A DNA stretch of 64,000 bases. Origin: an uncultured Bacteroidales bacterium. GTDB taxonomy: Bacteria; Bacteroidota; Bacteroidia; Bacteroidales; WCHB1-69. The notes under the pieces were generated by a model. It did no database searches. It was given only the letters and a program-made list of their open reading frames with translations, and was not told where the DNA came from. The translations under genes were made by a program, and so were the position numbers. Shown here piece by piece: positions 1-9,518 of this stretch (the stretch's first letter is position 1; each line of letters opens with the position of its first letter). Where the stretch lies: positions 21,086 through 85,085 of the forward strand of contig CALECM010000073.1 in assembly GCA_937949745.1 (NCBI GenBank), read 5' to 3'.

Positions 1-602
1 TCTTTTTCCAGGGCATAGAATGATATATTGGTCTGCACTCTGCCGGGACAAACGAAAGTAACACGGATATTTTGATCATAATATTCAGCTTGCACGGTTT
101 CAAAAAGACCATAAAGAGCATGCTTAGAAGAAGAATAACCACATCGCAACGGAAATCCGAATTTGCCCGCTATACTGGTAGTCACGACCAATTGCCCGCC
201 GCCGTCCCGGATCATATTGGGAAGTATGGATTTGGTGAGAGCTAAGGGTGCGAAATAATTGACATTCATGATCTTCCGAATCACGTTAAGGTCGGTTTCA
301 AGGGTTGTGCCCCTTTGGCTAATCCCGGCGTTATTATAAAGAATATCGATCCTGCCGAAAAGTTCATATGCTTTGTCCACCCATGCGGCTATTTCATCGG
401 TTCTGGACAGGTCGAAGGCTAATACGGCCACTTTCGGTGATCCTTCTTTCAGGCAAATTGCTTTAACCTCATGCAATATATCACTTTCAAGAGCGGTGAG
501 GATTAACATGGCGCCCTCCCTGGCGAACAGGTACGCACATTCTTTACCTATACCGGAAGATGATCCGGTGATCCATATAACTTTGCCGGCGAATTTTTTC
601 AT
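1..602 (-). CDS. Short-chain dehydrogenase/reductase (SDR) family oxidoreductase; 3' end runs off the window start
   Basis: The reverse complement of 541-602 reads MKKFAGKVIWITGSSSGIGK, the classical SDR TGxxxGIG Rossmann motif. I translated only these first ~20 codons; that the minus frame stays open down to position 1 is assumed. It is absent from the ORF track, presumably because the window edge truncates it. The listed 373..723 + ORF lies antisense to it. Confidence 0.85.
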   Translation of the reverse strand, partial: MKKFAGKVIWITGSSSGIGKECAYLFAREGAMLILTALESDILHEVKAICLKEGSPKVAVLAFDLSRTDEIAAWVDKAYELFGRIDILYNNAGISQRGTTLETDLNVIRKIMNVNYFAPLALTKSILPNMIRDGGGQLVVTTSIAGKFGFPLRCGYSSSKHALYGLFETVQAEYYDQNIRVTFVCPGRVQTNISFYALEK

Positions 603-807
603 ATTGTTTGATTATTATGCGATTACGATTTATATTTCTTTTCCATATTTTGATCTGTACGGGGAAACCGGACATCCAATAATTTTCCCGTATATTAAAA
701 TAAAACGGCAACCATCAAGATAATTGAACTTATAAAAGTAATCATCGTTTACCATTTAATTCGCAAAAATAATATTTATATTTTTGCACTTCCTCAAAAC
801 TTGAAAA

Positions 808-2463
808 ATGATCACTGTATATTTAAAGGATGTTAACGCAAAGCATGAATATCCTTTCGGGACAACTCTTCATGAAGTTGCTGAAAAAGAAAACATTAAA
901 CTTGATTTTCCCTTAATAGGAGCCTTAGTCAACAACAAAGTGCGTAATATGGATTACCGGTTGCATAAACCCGTAACCATCGCTTTTTTTGATATTACTT
1001 CTTCCTGCGGGATCGATATTTATTACCGTTCAGCCTATTTTATCCTTTTTAAAGCGATCGGGGATATTCTTCCCGGTACTACTTTAAAAATCCTTCATTC
1101 TATTTCCGGAGGTAAGTATTGCGAACTTGAAAACCTTAACGTACCTTTGGACCAGTATCTGGTGGATGAGCTTTTAAAGAGAATGTGGGAAATAGTGAAG
1201 GAAGACCTGCCTTTTTATCGTGACGAAATGCTGACACCGGATGCCCTGGAAGAATTCAGGAGGCATCATCTTTATGAAAAGGCGGATCTTTTTCAGGAGA
1301 GAAGCCGGATTTTTACCTCCGTTTACCGTCTGAATGATTGTGTCAATTATTATTACGGATTCCTGGCCCCTTCTACCGGTTATATCGATACTTTTTCATT
1401 GGAGTTATATGAAAGCGGATTGCTGTTAAAATTGCCTTCCAGAAGAAACCCTTCCCACATCAGCAGTACCAGGAAACTGCCAAAGTTATTTTCCGTTTAT
1501 AAAACCTATAAAAAGTGGGTGGAAGATATCGGGGTTCCTTATGTAAAAGATATTAATAAAAAAGTGGATAACGGTGAAATAGAATCTTTTATCCAGATTT
1601 CTGAGGCTTTTCACGAAAAACTGATTGCGAATATAGCCGACGATATCCATCATAAAGAATCTGTAAAAGTAATTTTATTGAGCGGTCCGTCCAGTTCGGG
1701 TAAAACAACGACATGCCGGCGCTTGTCCGTGCAGTTGGGCGTTTTAGGCTATGTTCCCGTCCAGATTTCCGTAGATGATTTTTTCGTGGAAAGAGAAGAT
1801 ACGCCCCGGGATGCCAAGGGACAGTATAACTTTGAAACGATTGACGCCATTGATCTGCCGTTATTTAACGATACCCTGAACCGGTTATTGGCGGGAGAAG
1901 AAGTGGAATTGCCCAGTTTCAACTTTACCTCGGGAAAAAAAGAATGGAAAGGACACAGGATCAAATTGGAAGAAAAATCCATTCTGGTTGTCGAAGGTAT
2001 TCATTGCCTGAATCCGAAATTAACAGCTCAGGTGGCTGAGGATACGAAGTACAAGGTATTTGTTTCGGCGCTCACTTCCGTATCCATCGATACGCAGAAT
2101 CCTATTCCTACAACTGATACCCGTTTGATCAGGCGTATTATCCGGGATTATAAATACCGGGGATATTCCGCTTTGGATACACTCCGCCGTTGGTCCAGTG
2201 TGAGGGAAGGAGAGATGAAATATATATTTCCATTCCAGGAAAATGCCGATGTGATGTTCAATACTTCCCTGATTTGCGAATTAGGTGTACTTAAACAATA
2301 TGCCGTTCCCATATTAAAAGAGGTTCCCGAAACCGAACCGGAATATGCCGAGGCTACACGGTTGCTTAAATTCCTCTCATTCTTCAAGACCATTCCCGAA
2401 CAAGCCGTTCCGGGCGGTTCGATTTTAAGGGAATTTGTCGGCGGAAGTCATTTTAATTACTAA
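808..2463 (+). CDS. Uridine kinase/phosphoribulokinase-family nucleoside kinase with N-terminal TGS-like domain
   Basis: 551 aa. P-loop LLSGPSSSGKTTT is followed by a kinase core (VVEGIHCLNP, RLIRRIIRDYKYRG). A TAnnTTTG box (tatttttg) sits at 779-786. Confidence 0.7.
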   Translation: MITVYLKDVNAKHEYPFGTTLHEVAEKENIKLDFPLIGALVNNKVRNMDYRLHKPVTIAFFDITSSCGIDIYYRSAYFILFKAIGDILPGTTLKILHSISGGKYCELENLNVPLDQYLVDELLKRMWEIVKEDLPFYRDEMLTPDALEEFRRHHLYEKADLFQERSRIFTSVYRLNDCVNYYYGFLAPSTGYIDTFSLELYESGLLLKLPSRRNPSHISSTRKLPKLFSVYKTYKKWVEDIGVPYVKDINKKVDNGEIESFIQISEAFHEKLIANIADDIHHKESVKVILLSGPSSSGKTTTCRRLSVQLGVLGYVPVQISVDDFFVEREDTPRDAKGQYNFETIDAIDLPLFNDTLNRLLAGEEVELPSFNFTSGKKEWKGHRIKLEEKSILVVEGIHCLNPKLTAQVAEDTKYKVFVSALTSVSIDTQNPIPTTDTRLIRRIIRDYKYRGYSALDTLRRWSSVREGEMKYIFPFQENADVMFNTSLICELGVLKQYAVPILKEVPETEPEYAEATRLLKFLSFFKTIPEQAVPGGSILREFVGGSHFNY

Positions 2464-2533
2464 TTCAAGAAATCCATATCGTTAAAAATCATTTGAAAGA
2501 AGATAGGATACGTAAATCTCCAATACCAGGATT

Positions 2534-3115
2534 ATGATTAACACACGAAACGAGAAAAGAGTAATGAAGCCGGGCAATATGCTGAATCCGTCCCCGGTGG
2601 TAATGGTCAGTTGCGGAAATACTCTTGAAGAATATAATATTATTACGGTTGCCTGGGCAGGTACTGTTTGTTCCGATCCGCCCATGTGCACTATTTCCGT
2701 TCGACCCGAAAGACATTCCTATGGGATCATAAAAAAAAACCGGGAATTTGTGATTAACCTTACTACGGAACAATTGGCGACCGCGACCGATTGGTGCGGT
2801 GTCCGTTCTGGGAAAAAATATAACAAATTCCTGGAAATGGATTTGACACCTGTCAAAGCTACTAAAGTGCAGGCTCCCCTGATCTATCAGTCGCCGGTTA
2901 ATATCGAGTGTGTGGTCAAAGAGATCATTCCTTTAGGCTCTCATGATATGTTCGTTGCTGAAATAGTGGCGGTTCACGCCGATAACACTCTTTTTGATAA
3001 AAAAACCGATGCACTGCAACTGGATAGATGTAATTTATTATCCTATGCTCACGGTCAATATTATACGCTTGGGAAAAGAATAGGTAAATTTGGTTTCTCC
3101 GTTAAGAAGAAATAG
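2534..3115 (+). CDS. Flavin reductase-like FMN-binding domain protein
   Basis: 193 aa with a split-barrel flavin reductase signature (NPSPVVMVSCG...ITVAWAGTVCSDPPM...INLT). Confidence 0.7.
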   Translation: MINTRNEKRVMKPGNMLNPSPVVMVSCGNTLEEYNIITVAWAGTVCSDPPMCTISVRPERHSYGIIKKNREFVINLTTEQLATATDWCGVRSGKKYNKFLEMDLTPVKATKVQAPLIYQSPVNIECVVKEIIPLGSHDMFVAEIVAVHADNTLFDKKTDALQLDRCNLLSYAHGQYYTLGKRIGKFGFSVKKK

Positions 3116-3116
3116 A

Positions 3117-4199
3117 ATGAAAAATGTTTTCCTTAAACCGGATAATTTGGAATATCAGCTTTTCGGTTCTTGCGGAGAGTGGATTGATCAATTGGTGAAA
3201 GATATACATCACGCAAAACACTACATTTATATTGAGACTTTCCGGCTTAACGATGATATCGCCGGACGAAGGGTATGCGAAGCGTTGATGGTCCAGGCGC
3301 AACGGGGCATCGAGATCAAGCTGGTGGTGGATTCGTGGGGCACATGGAAAACTTCTCTTTTTACCGAAATGGAGAATAAAGGGATATCTATTCGCTATTT
3401 TAAGAAACTGGTCATCTGTTTCCGGTGGTTTGCCAGGAATCACCAGCGTAATCACCGTAAGATCATAGCTATCGATGACAAAATCGCTTATATAGGATCC
3501 GCCAATTTTTCCAAATATAGTTTAAAATGGCGCGAAAGTATTTTGCGGATCGATAATGATATTGCCAAAATATTCAAGTTGATATTCCTGGAAAATTATA
3601 AGATCTATAAAAAGAAGATCAAACCCAAAAAATATTATAAGACAATCAATCACCATAACCTTAAGATTATAAGGGAAACACCTTCCATTATCCACCAGAA
3701 GACCCGGAACTATTTTATACGACTGATTGAGAACGCTAAAAAAAAGATTACTATCGTAACACCCTATTTCGTGACGGGTAAATCTATCCGCTCCCAACTG
3801 GTTAAAGCCGTTAAGCGTGGTGTGGAAGTCAATATCATTATTCCTCTCCATTCCGATGTAAGGAGCGTGGACTGGCTGCGTGATCTTTTTTTAGGTTCCT
3901 TATATCGCCACGGCGTTAATTTTTATATGTTCAATAAAGGTAATCTTCACGCCAAGCTCGTTTTGATCGATGATGAAATATTTTCCATCGGATCCACCAA
4001 TTTTGATTACAGGAGTTTCCGGTATATGCATGAGATCAATCTTTCGGGTACGGATGCTGTGATTTCATCACTCATCAGGGAATACATGGATGATACATTA
4101 ACGGAATGTACAGCTTTTAATCATACCAGATGGTTGCTACGGCCGTTGCATGAAAAACTGGTCGGAATGTTATTGTATCCGATCAGAAAATTAATATAA
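3117..4199 (+). CDS. Phospholipase D family protein (cardiolipin synthase ClsB-like, two HKD motifs, no TM segment)
   Basis: Two HKD motifs: HRKIIAIDDKIAYIGSANFS and HAKLVLIDDEIFSIGSTNFD. The ATG at 3117 (MKNVFL) lies 1 nt after the upstream stop. The track start at 3090 is a TTG extension overlapping the previous gene. Confidence 0.8.
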   Translation: MKNVFLKPDNLEYQLFGSCGEWIDQLVKDIHHAKHYIYIETFRLNDDIAGRRVCEALMVQAQRGIEIKLVVDSWGTWKTSLFTEMENKGISIRYFKKLVICFRWFARNHQRNHRKIIAIDDKIAYIGSANFSKYSLKWRESILRIDNDIAKIFKLIFLENYKIYKKKIKPKKYYKTINHHNLKIIRETPSIIHQKTRNYFIRLIENAKKKITIVTPYFVTGKSIRSQLVKAVKRGVEVNIIIPLHSDVRSVDWLRDLFLGSLYRHGVNFYMFNKGNLHAKLVLIDDEIFSIGSTNFDYRSFRYMHEINLSGTDAVISSLIREYMDDTLTECTAFNHTRWLLRPLHEKLVGMLLYPIRKLI

Positions 4200-4249
4200 A
4201 AGAATCATTATGGTAACGGCGTAATCCGGTATTAAGATTAAAAAAACAT

Positions 4250-4257
4250 TATGTTTG
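4250..4257 (+). promoter_or_regulatory. TAnnTTTG -7 box for nagB
   Basis: tatgtttg lies 20 nt upstream of the ATG at 4278. Confidence 0.5.
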
Positions 4258-4277
4258 CATTATAAAATAGATAAGAT

Positions 4278-6170
4278 ATGATCAATACAATCAGGGAAAA
4301 GATTCCGGTAACCATATATAAAGATTCGGACGCCGGATCTGTAAAGGCCGCTAAAGAGATCGCCAAATTGATCAAAAGAAAAGCAGCGCAGAATAAAACG
4401 GCCGTGCTCGGTTTAGCGACCGGCTCATCGCCGATAAGGGTTTATCATGAACTGGTAAGGATGCACAGGGAAGAAGGACTCAGTTTCAAAAATGTGGTAA
4501 CATTTAACCTGGACGAATATTACCCGATGAAACCCACCGATCCGGAAAGCTATGTCTATTTTATGAATTATCATCTTTTCGATCATGTCGATATCGATCC
4601 GGCAAATGTTCATATTCCCGACGGTACTATTCCGGAGAATGAGATAGAGGAATACTGTACCCGCTATGAATGGGAAATAGAATCTGCAGGGGGAATTGAT
4701 ATTCAGCTTCTGGGTATCGGGAGAAACGGGCATATCGGATTTAACGAGCCGGGTAGCCAGATCTATTCCAAAACCAGGATGGTAACGTTGGATATCGTGA
4801 CCAAAACCGATGCCGCTTTTGCTTTTGGAGGTACGGACAAAGTGCCCAAGAAAGCCATCACGATGGGTATTTCCACGATCCTGAAAGCCAAACGGATCAT
4901 TTTAATGGCATGGGGAGAACATAAATCCGATATTATCAACCAGGTGGTTGAAGGCGAAATACAGGATTATGTTCCCGGGACATACCTCCAGCAACATAAC
5001 AATGTGGAATTTTATATAGACAGATCCGCGGCTTCCCAACTTTCCCGGACGATCGTGCCCTGGTTATTCGAAAAATGCAAGTGGGACAGGAGGCTGATCC
5101 GGAAAGCGGTAGTGTGGTTGTGTACGACAACTTCCAAGCCGATACTTAAGCTTACGGATCGTGACTATATAGACAATGGCCTTAGCGAATTACTGGATAT
5201 TTTTAAATCCGCCTATGATCTCAATATTCAGGTTTTTAATAATCTCCAGCATACGATTACCGGCTGGCCGGGCGGCAAACCGGCAGCGGATGACAGCCAG
5301 CGCCCGGAAAGAGCCATTCCTTACCCGAAAAGAGTGGTCGTTTTTAGTCCTCATCCCGACGACGACGTGATTTCTATGGGAGGAACACTTGCACGTTTGG
5401 TCCGGCAGGGCCATGATGTTCATGTAGTTTACCAGACTTCCGGTAATTTAGCGGTTTATGACGATGATGTGATGAAATATCTCGATTTTCTGCGTGAAAT
5501 TTCCATATTACAAGGTATGGAGAGCCAGTTCCAGGATCAGGTATATTCCGTTATCGGGGATTCGTTATCGGAAGGCAGTACCCAAATCCATTCTCCGGAG
5601 ATCGCCCGGATCAAAACCATAATACGTAAAATTGAAGCGAGGGCGGCATGCCGGTTCATCGGTGTCAAAGATGAAAATATCCACTTCCTGCAAATGCCTT
5701 TTTATGAATCCGGAAGTATTAAAAAATACGATCTTTCACAACAGGATATAGATCTCATCATTGATGTTTTGCAGGAAATACATCCTCACCAGATTTATGC
5801 TGCCGGAGATTTAAGCGATCCGCATGGTACACACCGGATATGCCTCAACGCAATCAAAGAAGCGCTCCAGCAAATCAAATCCGAGAAATGGCTGAAAGAC
5901 TGTTATTGCTGGATGTATCGCGGCGCATGGCAGGAATGGGATATTCACGAAGTGGATATGGCCGTACCGCTTAGTCCTGATGAAGTAACCGTAAAACGGA
6001 AAGCGATTTTCAAACACCAGTCCCAAAAAGATAACGCCCCGTTCCCGGGTTCTGACAAACGTGAATTCTGGCAAAGGGCGGAGGAGCGGAATCACAATAC
6101 TGCCGTATTATACGATAAATTAGGGTTGGCGGAATACCAGGCTATGGAAGTATTTGCCCGTTTACAATAG
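4278..6170 (+). CDS. nagB: Long-form glucosamine-6-phosphate deaminase fused to a PIG-L/LmbE-type deacetylase-like C-terminal domain
   Basis: N-terminal NagB motifs (LGLATGSSP, FNLDEYY, LLGIGRNGHIGFNEPGS). C-terminal PIG-L motif (VVVFSPHPDDDVISMGGT). TAnnTTTG box tatgtttg at 4250-4257. Confidence 0.85.
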   Translation: MINTIREKIPVTIYKDSDAGSVKAAKEIAKLIKRKAAQNKTAVLGLATGSSPIRVYHELVRMHREEGLSFKNVVTFNLDEYYPMKPTDPESYVYFMNYHLFDHVDIDPANVHIPDGTIPENEIEEYCTRYEWEIESAGGIDIQLLGIGRNGHIGFNEPGSQIYSKTRMVTLDIVTKTDAAFAFGGTDKVPKKAITMGISTILKAKRIILMAWGEHKSDIINQVVEGEIQDYVPGTYLQQHNNVEFYIDRSAASQLSRTIVPWLFEKCKWDRRLIRKAVVWLCTTTSKPILKLTDRDYIDNGLSELLDIFKSAYDLNIQVFNNLQHTITGWPGGKPAADDSQRPERAIPYPKRVVVFSPHPDDDVISMGGTLARLVRQGHDVHVVYQTSGNLAVYDDDVMKYLDFLREISILQGMESQFQDQVYSVIGDSLSEGSTQIHSPEIARIKTIIRKIEARAACRFIGVKDENIHFLQMPFYESGSIKKYDLSQQDIDLIIDVLQEIHPHQIYAAGDLSDPHGTHRICLNAIKEALQQIKSEKWLKDCYCWMYRGAWQEWDIHEVDMAVPLSPDEVTVKRKAIFKHQSQKDNAPFPGSDKREFWQRAEERNHNTAVLYDKLGLAEYQAMEVFARLQ

Positions 6171-6184
6171 AAAATTCTTTTTTC

Positions 6185-9100
6185 TTAAAAGTCAAGTCCG
6201 ATAGAGAACATGAACTGTCCTTTGGGATTCACTATCCTGGCATCTTCTACTCCCCAGGCGTAATCGAATCTGAGAAAATAACCCAGTAGCGAAGCCCGTA
6301 ATCCGGCTCCGAAGCCGCATACGATCGGTTCAACCTGCCTTCTGACCACAGCGGAGATATAACCGCTTTCCACATAGCGGGTATAGAGGGAATTTTCTTC
6401 TGAATACGGCGTCAGGCCGGTCCAGGCGGTACCGATATCGCCGAATAATACCAGTTGCAAAGAATTAAGGAAATTATTGGATAATCTTTTCCGGGCAATC
6501 AATTGCACGAACGGAACCCTCAGTTCGGTGTTTAATAAAGCGAAAGAAGTTCCGTTGCGTATATTTTGCGTAAACCCGCGCATATTCGTGGCTAATGTCT
6601 GGTAGGCATAATCAATGGTCCGGTCAACCGAAATATCCCTGTTAAATTTGGCAAGCATCCAGTTGTCGATCCCGCCCATGTAATAAATCAGTCTTCCGGA
6701 TCCGAAATTAGTACTGGCCGCGAATCTGGTTGCCCAGGTCATATTCTTGTATACCTTAACGGATTTTCGGATATCCATCCCTAATACCAACAGGTTTTTC
6801 TGGTCTTTCTCCAACCGGTGCTGGTATTCGACGAAGAATTTCATTTTACTTCCACGCCAAAGATTGGTATATAATTCTTTGGAAGAATCGAAGACGAATT
6901 CCATCTTGGCTCCTGCCCATACGTGATTTTCATTTTTGGTCCGGAGCGAAAGATCATCCAGCGCTCCGAGGATAAAATTTTCATAGCGGCCCGTCAGGGT
7001 AAGCCGGAGGCTCGTTAGCTTATTAAAAGGATATTTGATAATATAGAAAATACTGTTCGATTTTTGTTTGATGAGGTCATAGTCAGCCATGGATTTGATG
7101 GATTGCCTGTAAATGATCACCTGATGGTCCACACGACGGGAAAGGTCCTCAAAGCTGAACATAAATTCGTTACTCTCCAGGTCGAAAGAAAGTCTCACGC
7201 CACCCGAGATCCGGTAATTTTCAAAAAGATCATTGATCCCGACCATAAACAAAGCGTTCAATCCCGTATTGAGGTAAATGGGGCTTTCGGCGCCTGTAAA
7301 TTGCTGATAGGTAGTATTGAGAAAACTAAAATCAGCTTGCGTAACTAATTTATTGAGGGTATACTGAACATTGTAATTCCGGGTAACCGGTTGAATGTAT
7401 TCGATTCCTTCTGTTAAGGCATTGGGTTGGAAACCCGTTTTTTCAGGCCCGGAGAGGAGAGTATCTGACGTTTTTTTAGGAAGCAGGTCACTCTGTCGTA
7501 CCTGGAAGAAACCATGTTGTGGTATTGTTTTGCGTGTTCCTGCCGGTTTACTTATTAAGGCAAGGCTATCCTGTTTTTGCCTCTCTTTCCACATCTCTTC
7601 CTGGAAAGCGGATTTTTGTATTCCGGTTAAGGGATTAAGCTGTACAGGGCGTTTCAGAATGCGCTTTACACCGTCGTAGAGCATGATATCCGCCACATCC
7701 CCGGAAGTACTGTTATAGACTTGTTCAAATATCGAATATGCATTATCCGTAAGCGGCGAACTATTCGCTGTATAGGCATAATGGATGATCGTGTCGATTT
7801 TGCTGATCATGCTGTCGAAACGGGCGATATAGCGGTTATTGATGCCGTTCTCATCACTCAGGAAAAGGATTTCGTTACGGCTCAATTCCTGCGCATTGGT
7901 TTCATTTGCGTATGGAGTGCGGGTAACCTGCAATAATTCCTTTTCTTTCGTATCGTAATGATAGAGATAAAGATCATAGAAAGACTGTGGTTTAGCCTCA
8001 AAGAATTTTTCCGGTGCAGGTATCGTATCATGACTTCTTTTGGAGGAGAATATGATCTTTTTCTGGTTGTTCATAAACCGCGGCTGGTAGTCATCATAAA
8101 TATCATTCGTAATATTTTGAATGGAACGGGACAGGAAACTGTAAATGAAAATATCAGATTGACCGTGCCTGAATCCTGAAAACAGCATTAATCGGCCGTC
8201 ATCCGAATAAGACCAGTCCGTAATTTTTTCCACATCTACCAGCAACCGTTTTTCCAGTTTATTATCCTCAATCATGTAAGGATAATAATAACAACGACCG
8301 CGATCCTCAATGGTGAAGCCCAATATCTCACCGTTAGGATGCCATGCTAATTTCGGATAAGTCAGATCTGGGTTATCCTCCACTTTTTGATACCGGGTGA
8401 ATATTTTTTTCGGTTTTTTAACACCGGGAGTCTTAAGCCAGATCTTAACCTGTCCCGCTTCATTGGTCGTATATGCATAACTCTCTCCATCGGGTGAAAA
8501 GATGATATTACTATATTCCCTTTTCGTTTTGGGTTTGGGGACCAGTTCTTCTCCCTCAGGTAATTCTTTTTTGGTGTCCTTCCTGTACATCACGAAATAA
8601 TACCGGTACCAGTCCACGAGTAATTTTTCATAACTCACGCCGGTAACATAGTAAAAACCACGTTCATAACTTCTCGAAGTCCTCGTTGTATGTAAAATAT
8701 TGGCGATGGCGTTCTTCCCGTACCGGTCGACAATGAATTTCCAGAATGAGTGGCCCGCATAAGTAGCGTCGACCGGTGATAGCTGATCGAAATCCACATA
8801 TTTTTTGGTTAAGATACCGTTTTTTACATAGGCGTCTATTTCACTATTCCAATTCTCTCCCACATAGGAAGCTAATCCGCTGTAATACCATACGGGCACA
8901 TTATTCAATGATTCGGATGTGATATTGGAACCCACGCTTTGGCCTTCTACCAGCAGGTGGGCATAGATGTTCATGATGCCCGAACGGATCATTTTATCCA
9001 GATGTCCGTGATCTCCGTCAAAATAAAGATAAATCTTCGTCCCGTATATATTGGTAACACCACCCTGGTTATAAAAATCGTCATTGTCGAAAGCGAAATT

Positions 9101-9439
9101 GGACTCCCTGAAATCCGATTGGGTGGTGTATACGATAAATTGTAATTTTTTGGAAGAAGAAAAATTAAGCATCCTCTCTATTTCCTCGATAAAGACCGGC
9201 GCTTTATAAAGCGTATATTGAGCCAGTTCTTTGCCGTTCGGGTAAAAATATACGTCGAACTTGGTGGTTCTGAAATAGGTCCAGTTAAATTTCTGGTGTT
9301 GTACCCTGTTTTTACCGAAAGTAAGTTGTGAGCCGTTGTAAAATTGGGAATGGGATTCCTGGAGGAAAACCATGAGAATAAAACAAAAAAGCCCTATGGT
9401 TTTCAAATAGGAGAAAAAACCGGAACTTCTGTTTTTCAT
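6185..9439 (-). CDS. Large secreted outer-membrane protein: N-terminal globular domain, TolB-like (PD40) propeller repeats, C-terminal Omp85/BamA-like beta-barrel
   Basis: 1084 aa with an N-terminal signal-like segment (GLFCFILMVFLQESHSQ). PD40-like repeats (IFSPDGESYAYTTNEAGQVKIWL; WSYSDDGRLMLFSGFRHGQSDIFIYS). C-terminal barrel-like motifs (RGF, NTELRVPF, GDIGTAW, terminal SIGLDF). The domain calls come from pattern recognition only. Confidence 0.55.
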   Translation of the reverse strand: MKNRSSGFFSYLKTIGLFCFILMVFLQESHSQFYNGSQLTFGKNRVQHQKFNWTYFRTTKFDVYFYPNGKELAQYTLYKAPVFIEEIERMLNFSSSKKLQFIVYTTQSDFRESNFAFDNDDFYNQGGVTNIYGTKIYLYFDGDHGHLDKMIRSGIMNIYAHLLVEGQSVGSNITSESLNNVPVWYYSGLASYVGENWNSEIDAYVKNGILTKKYVDFDQLSPVDATYAGHSFWKFIVDRYGKNAIANILHTTRTSRSYERGFYYVTGVSYEKLLVDWYRYYFVMYRKDTKKELPEGEELVPKPKTKREYSNIIFSPDGESYAYTTNEAGQVKIWLKTPGVKKPKKIFTRYQKVEDNPDLTYPKLAWHPNGEILGFTIEDRGRCYYYPYMIEDNKLEKRLLVDVEKITDWSYSDDGRLMLFSGFRHGQSDIFIYSFLSRSIQNITNDIYDDYQPRFMNNQKKIIFSSKRSHDTIPAPEKFFEAKPQSFYDLYLYHYDTKEKELLQVTRTPYANETNAQELSRNEILFLSDENGINNRYIARFDSMISKIDTIIHYAYTANSSPLTDNAYSIFEQVYNSTSGDVADIMLYDGVKRILKRPVQLNPLTGIQKSAFQEEMWKERQKQDSLALISKPAGTRKTIPQHGFFQVRQSDLLPKKTSDTLLSGPEKTGFQPNALTEGIEYIQPVTRNYNVQYTLNKLVTQADFSFLNTTYQQFTGAESPIYLNTGLNALFMVGINDLFENYRISGGVRLSFDLESNEFMFSFEDLSRRVDHQVIIYRQSIKSMADYDLIKQKSNSIFYIIKYPFNKLTSLRLTLTGRYENFILGALDDLSLRTKNENHVWAGAKMEFVFDSSKELYTNLWRGSKMKFFVEYQHRLEKDQKNLLVLGMDIRKSVKVYKNMTWATRFAASTNFGSGRLIYYMGGIDNWMLAKFNRDISVDRTIDYAYQTLATNMRGFTQNIRNGTSFALLNTELRVPFVQLIARKRLSNNFLNSLQLVLFGDIGTAWTGLTPYSEENSLYTRYVESGYISAVVRRQVEPIVCGFGAGLRASLLGYFLRFDYAWGVEDARIVNPKGQFMFSIGLDF

Positions 9440-9518
9440 TTATTATTTCTGTTTGTAGGCCACAAAGATAGTAAAAAAGATCATCTTTTTTTGTATTTTT
9501 GCGATCAAAATCAAAGAG

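Noticed and set aside
373-723. 116-aa plus-strand ORF from the track
   Set aside because: It lies antisense to a minus-strand ORF with a clean SDR TGxxxGIG N-terminus (1-602) and has no recognisable motif of its own.
3117-4199. PLD-family protein as a defence nuclease or toxin
   Set aside because: It has two full HKD motifs in a ~360-aa protein, typical of ClsB-type cardiolipin/phospholipid synthases. Its neighbours are metabolic genes (flavin reductase, nagB), with no helicase, methylase or immunity-like partner.
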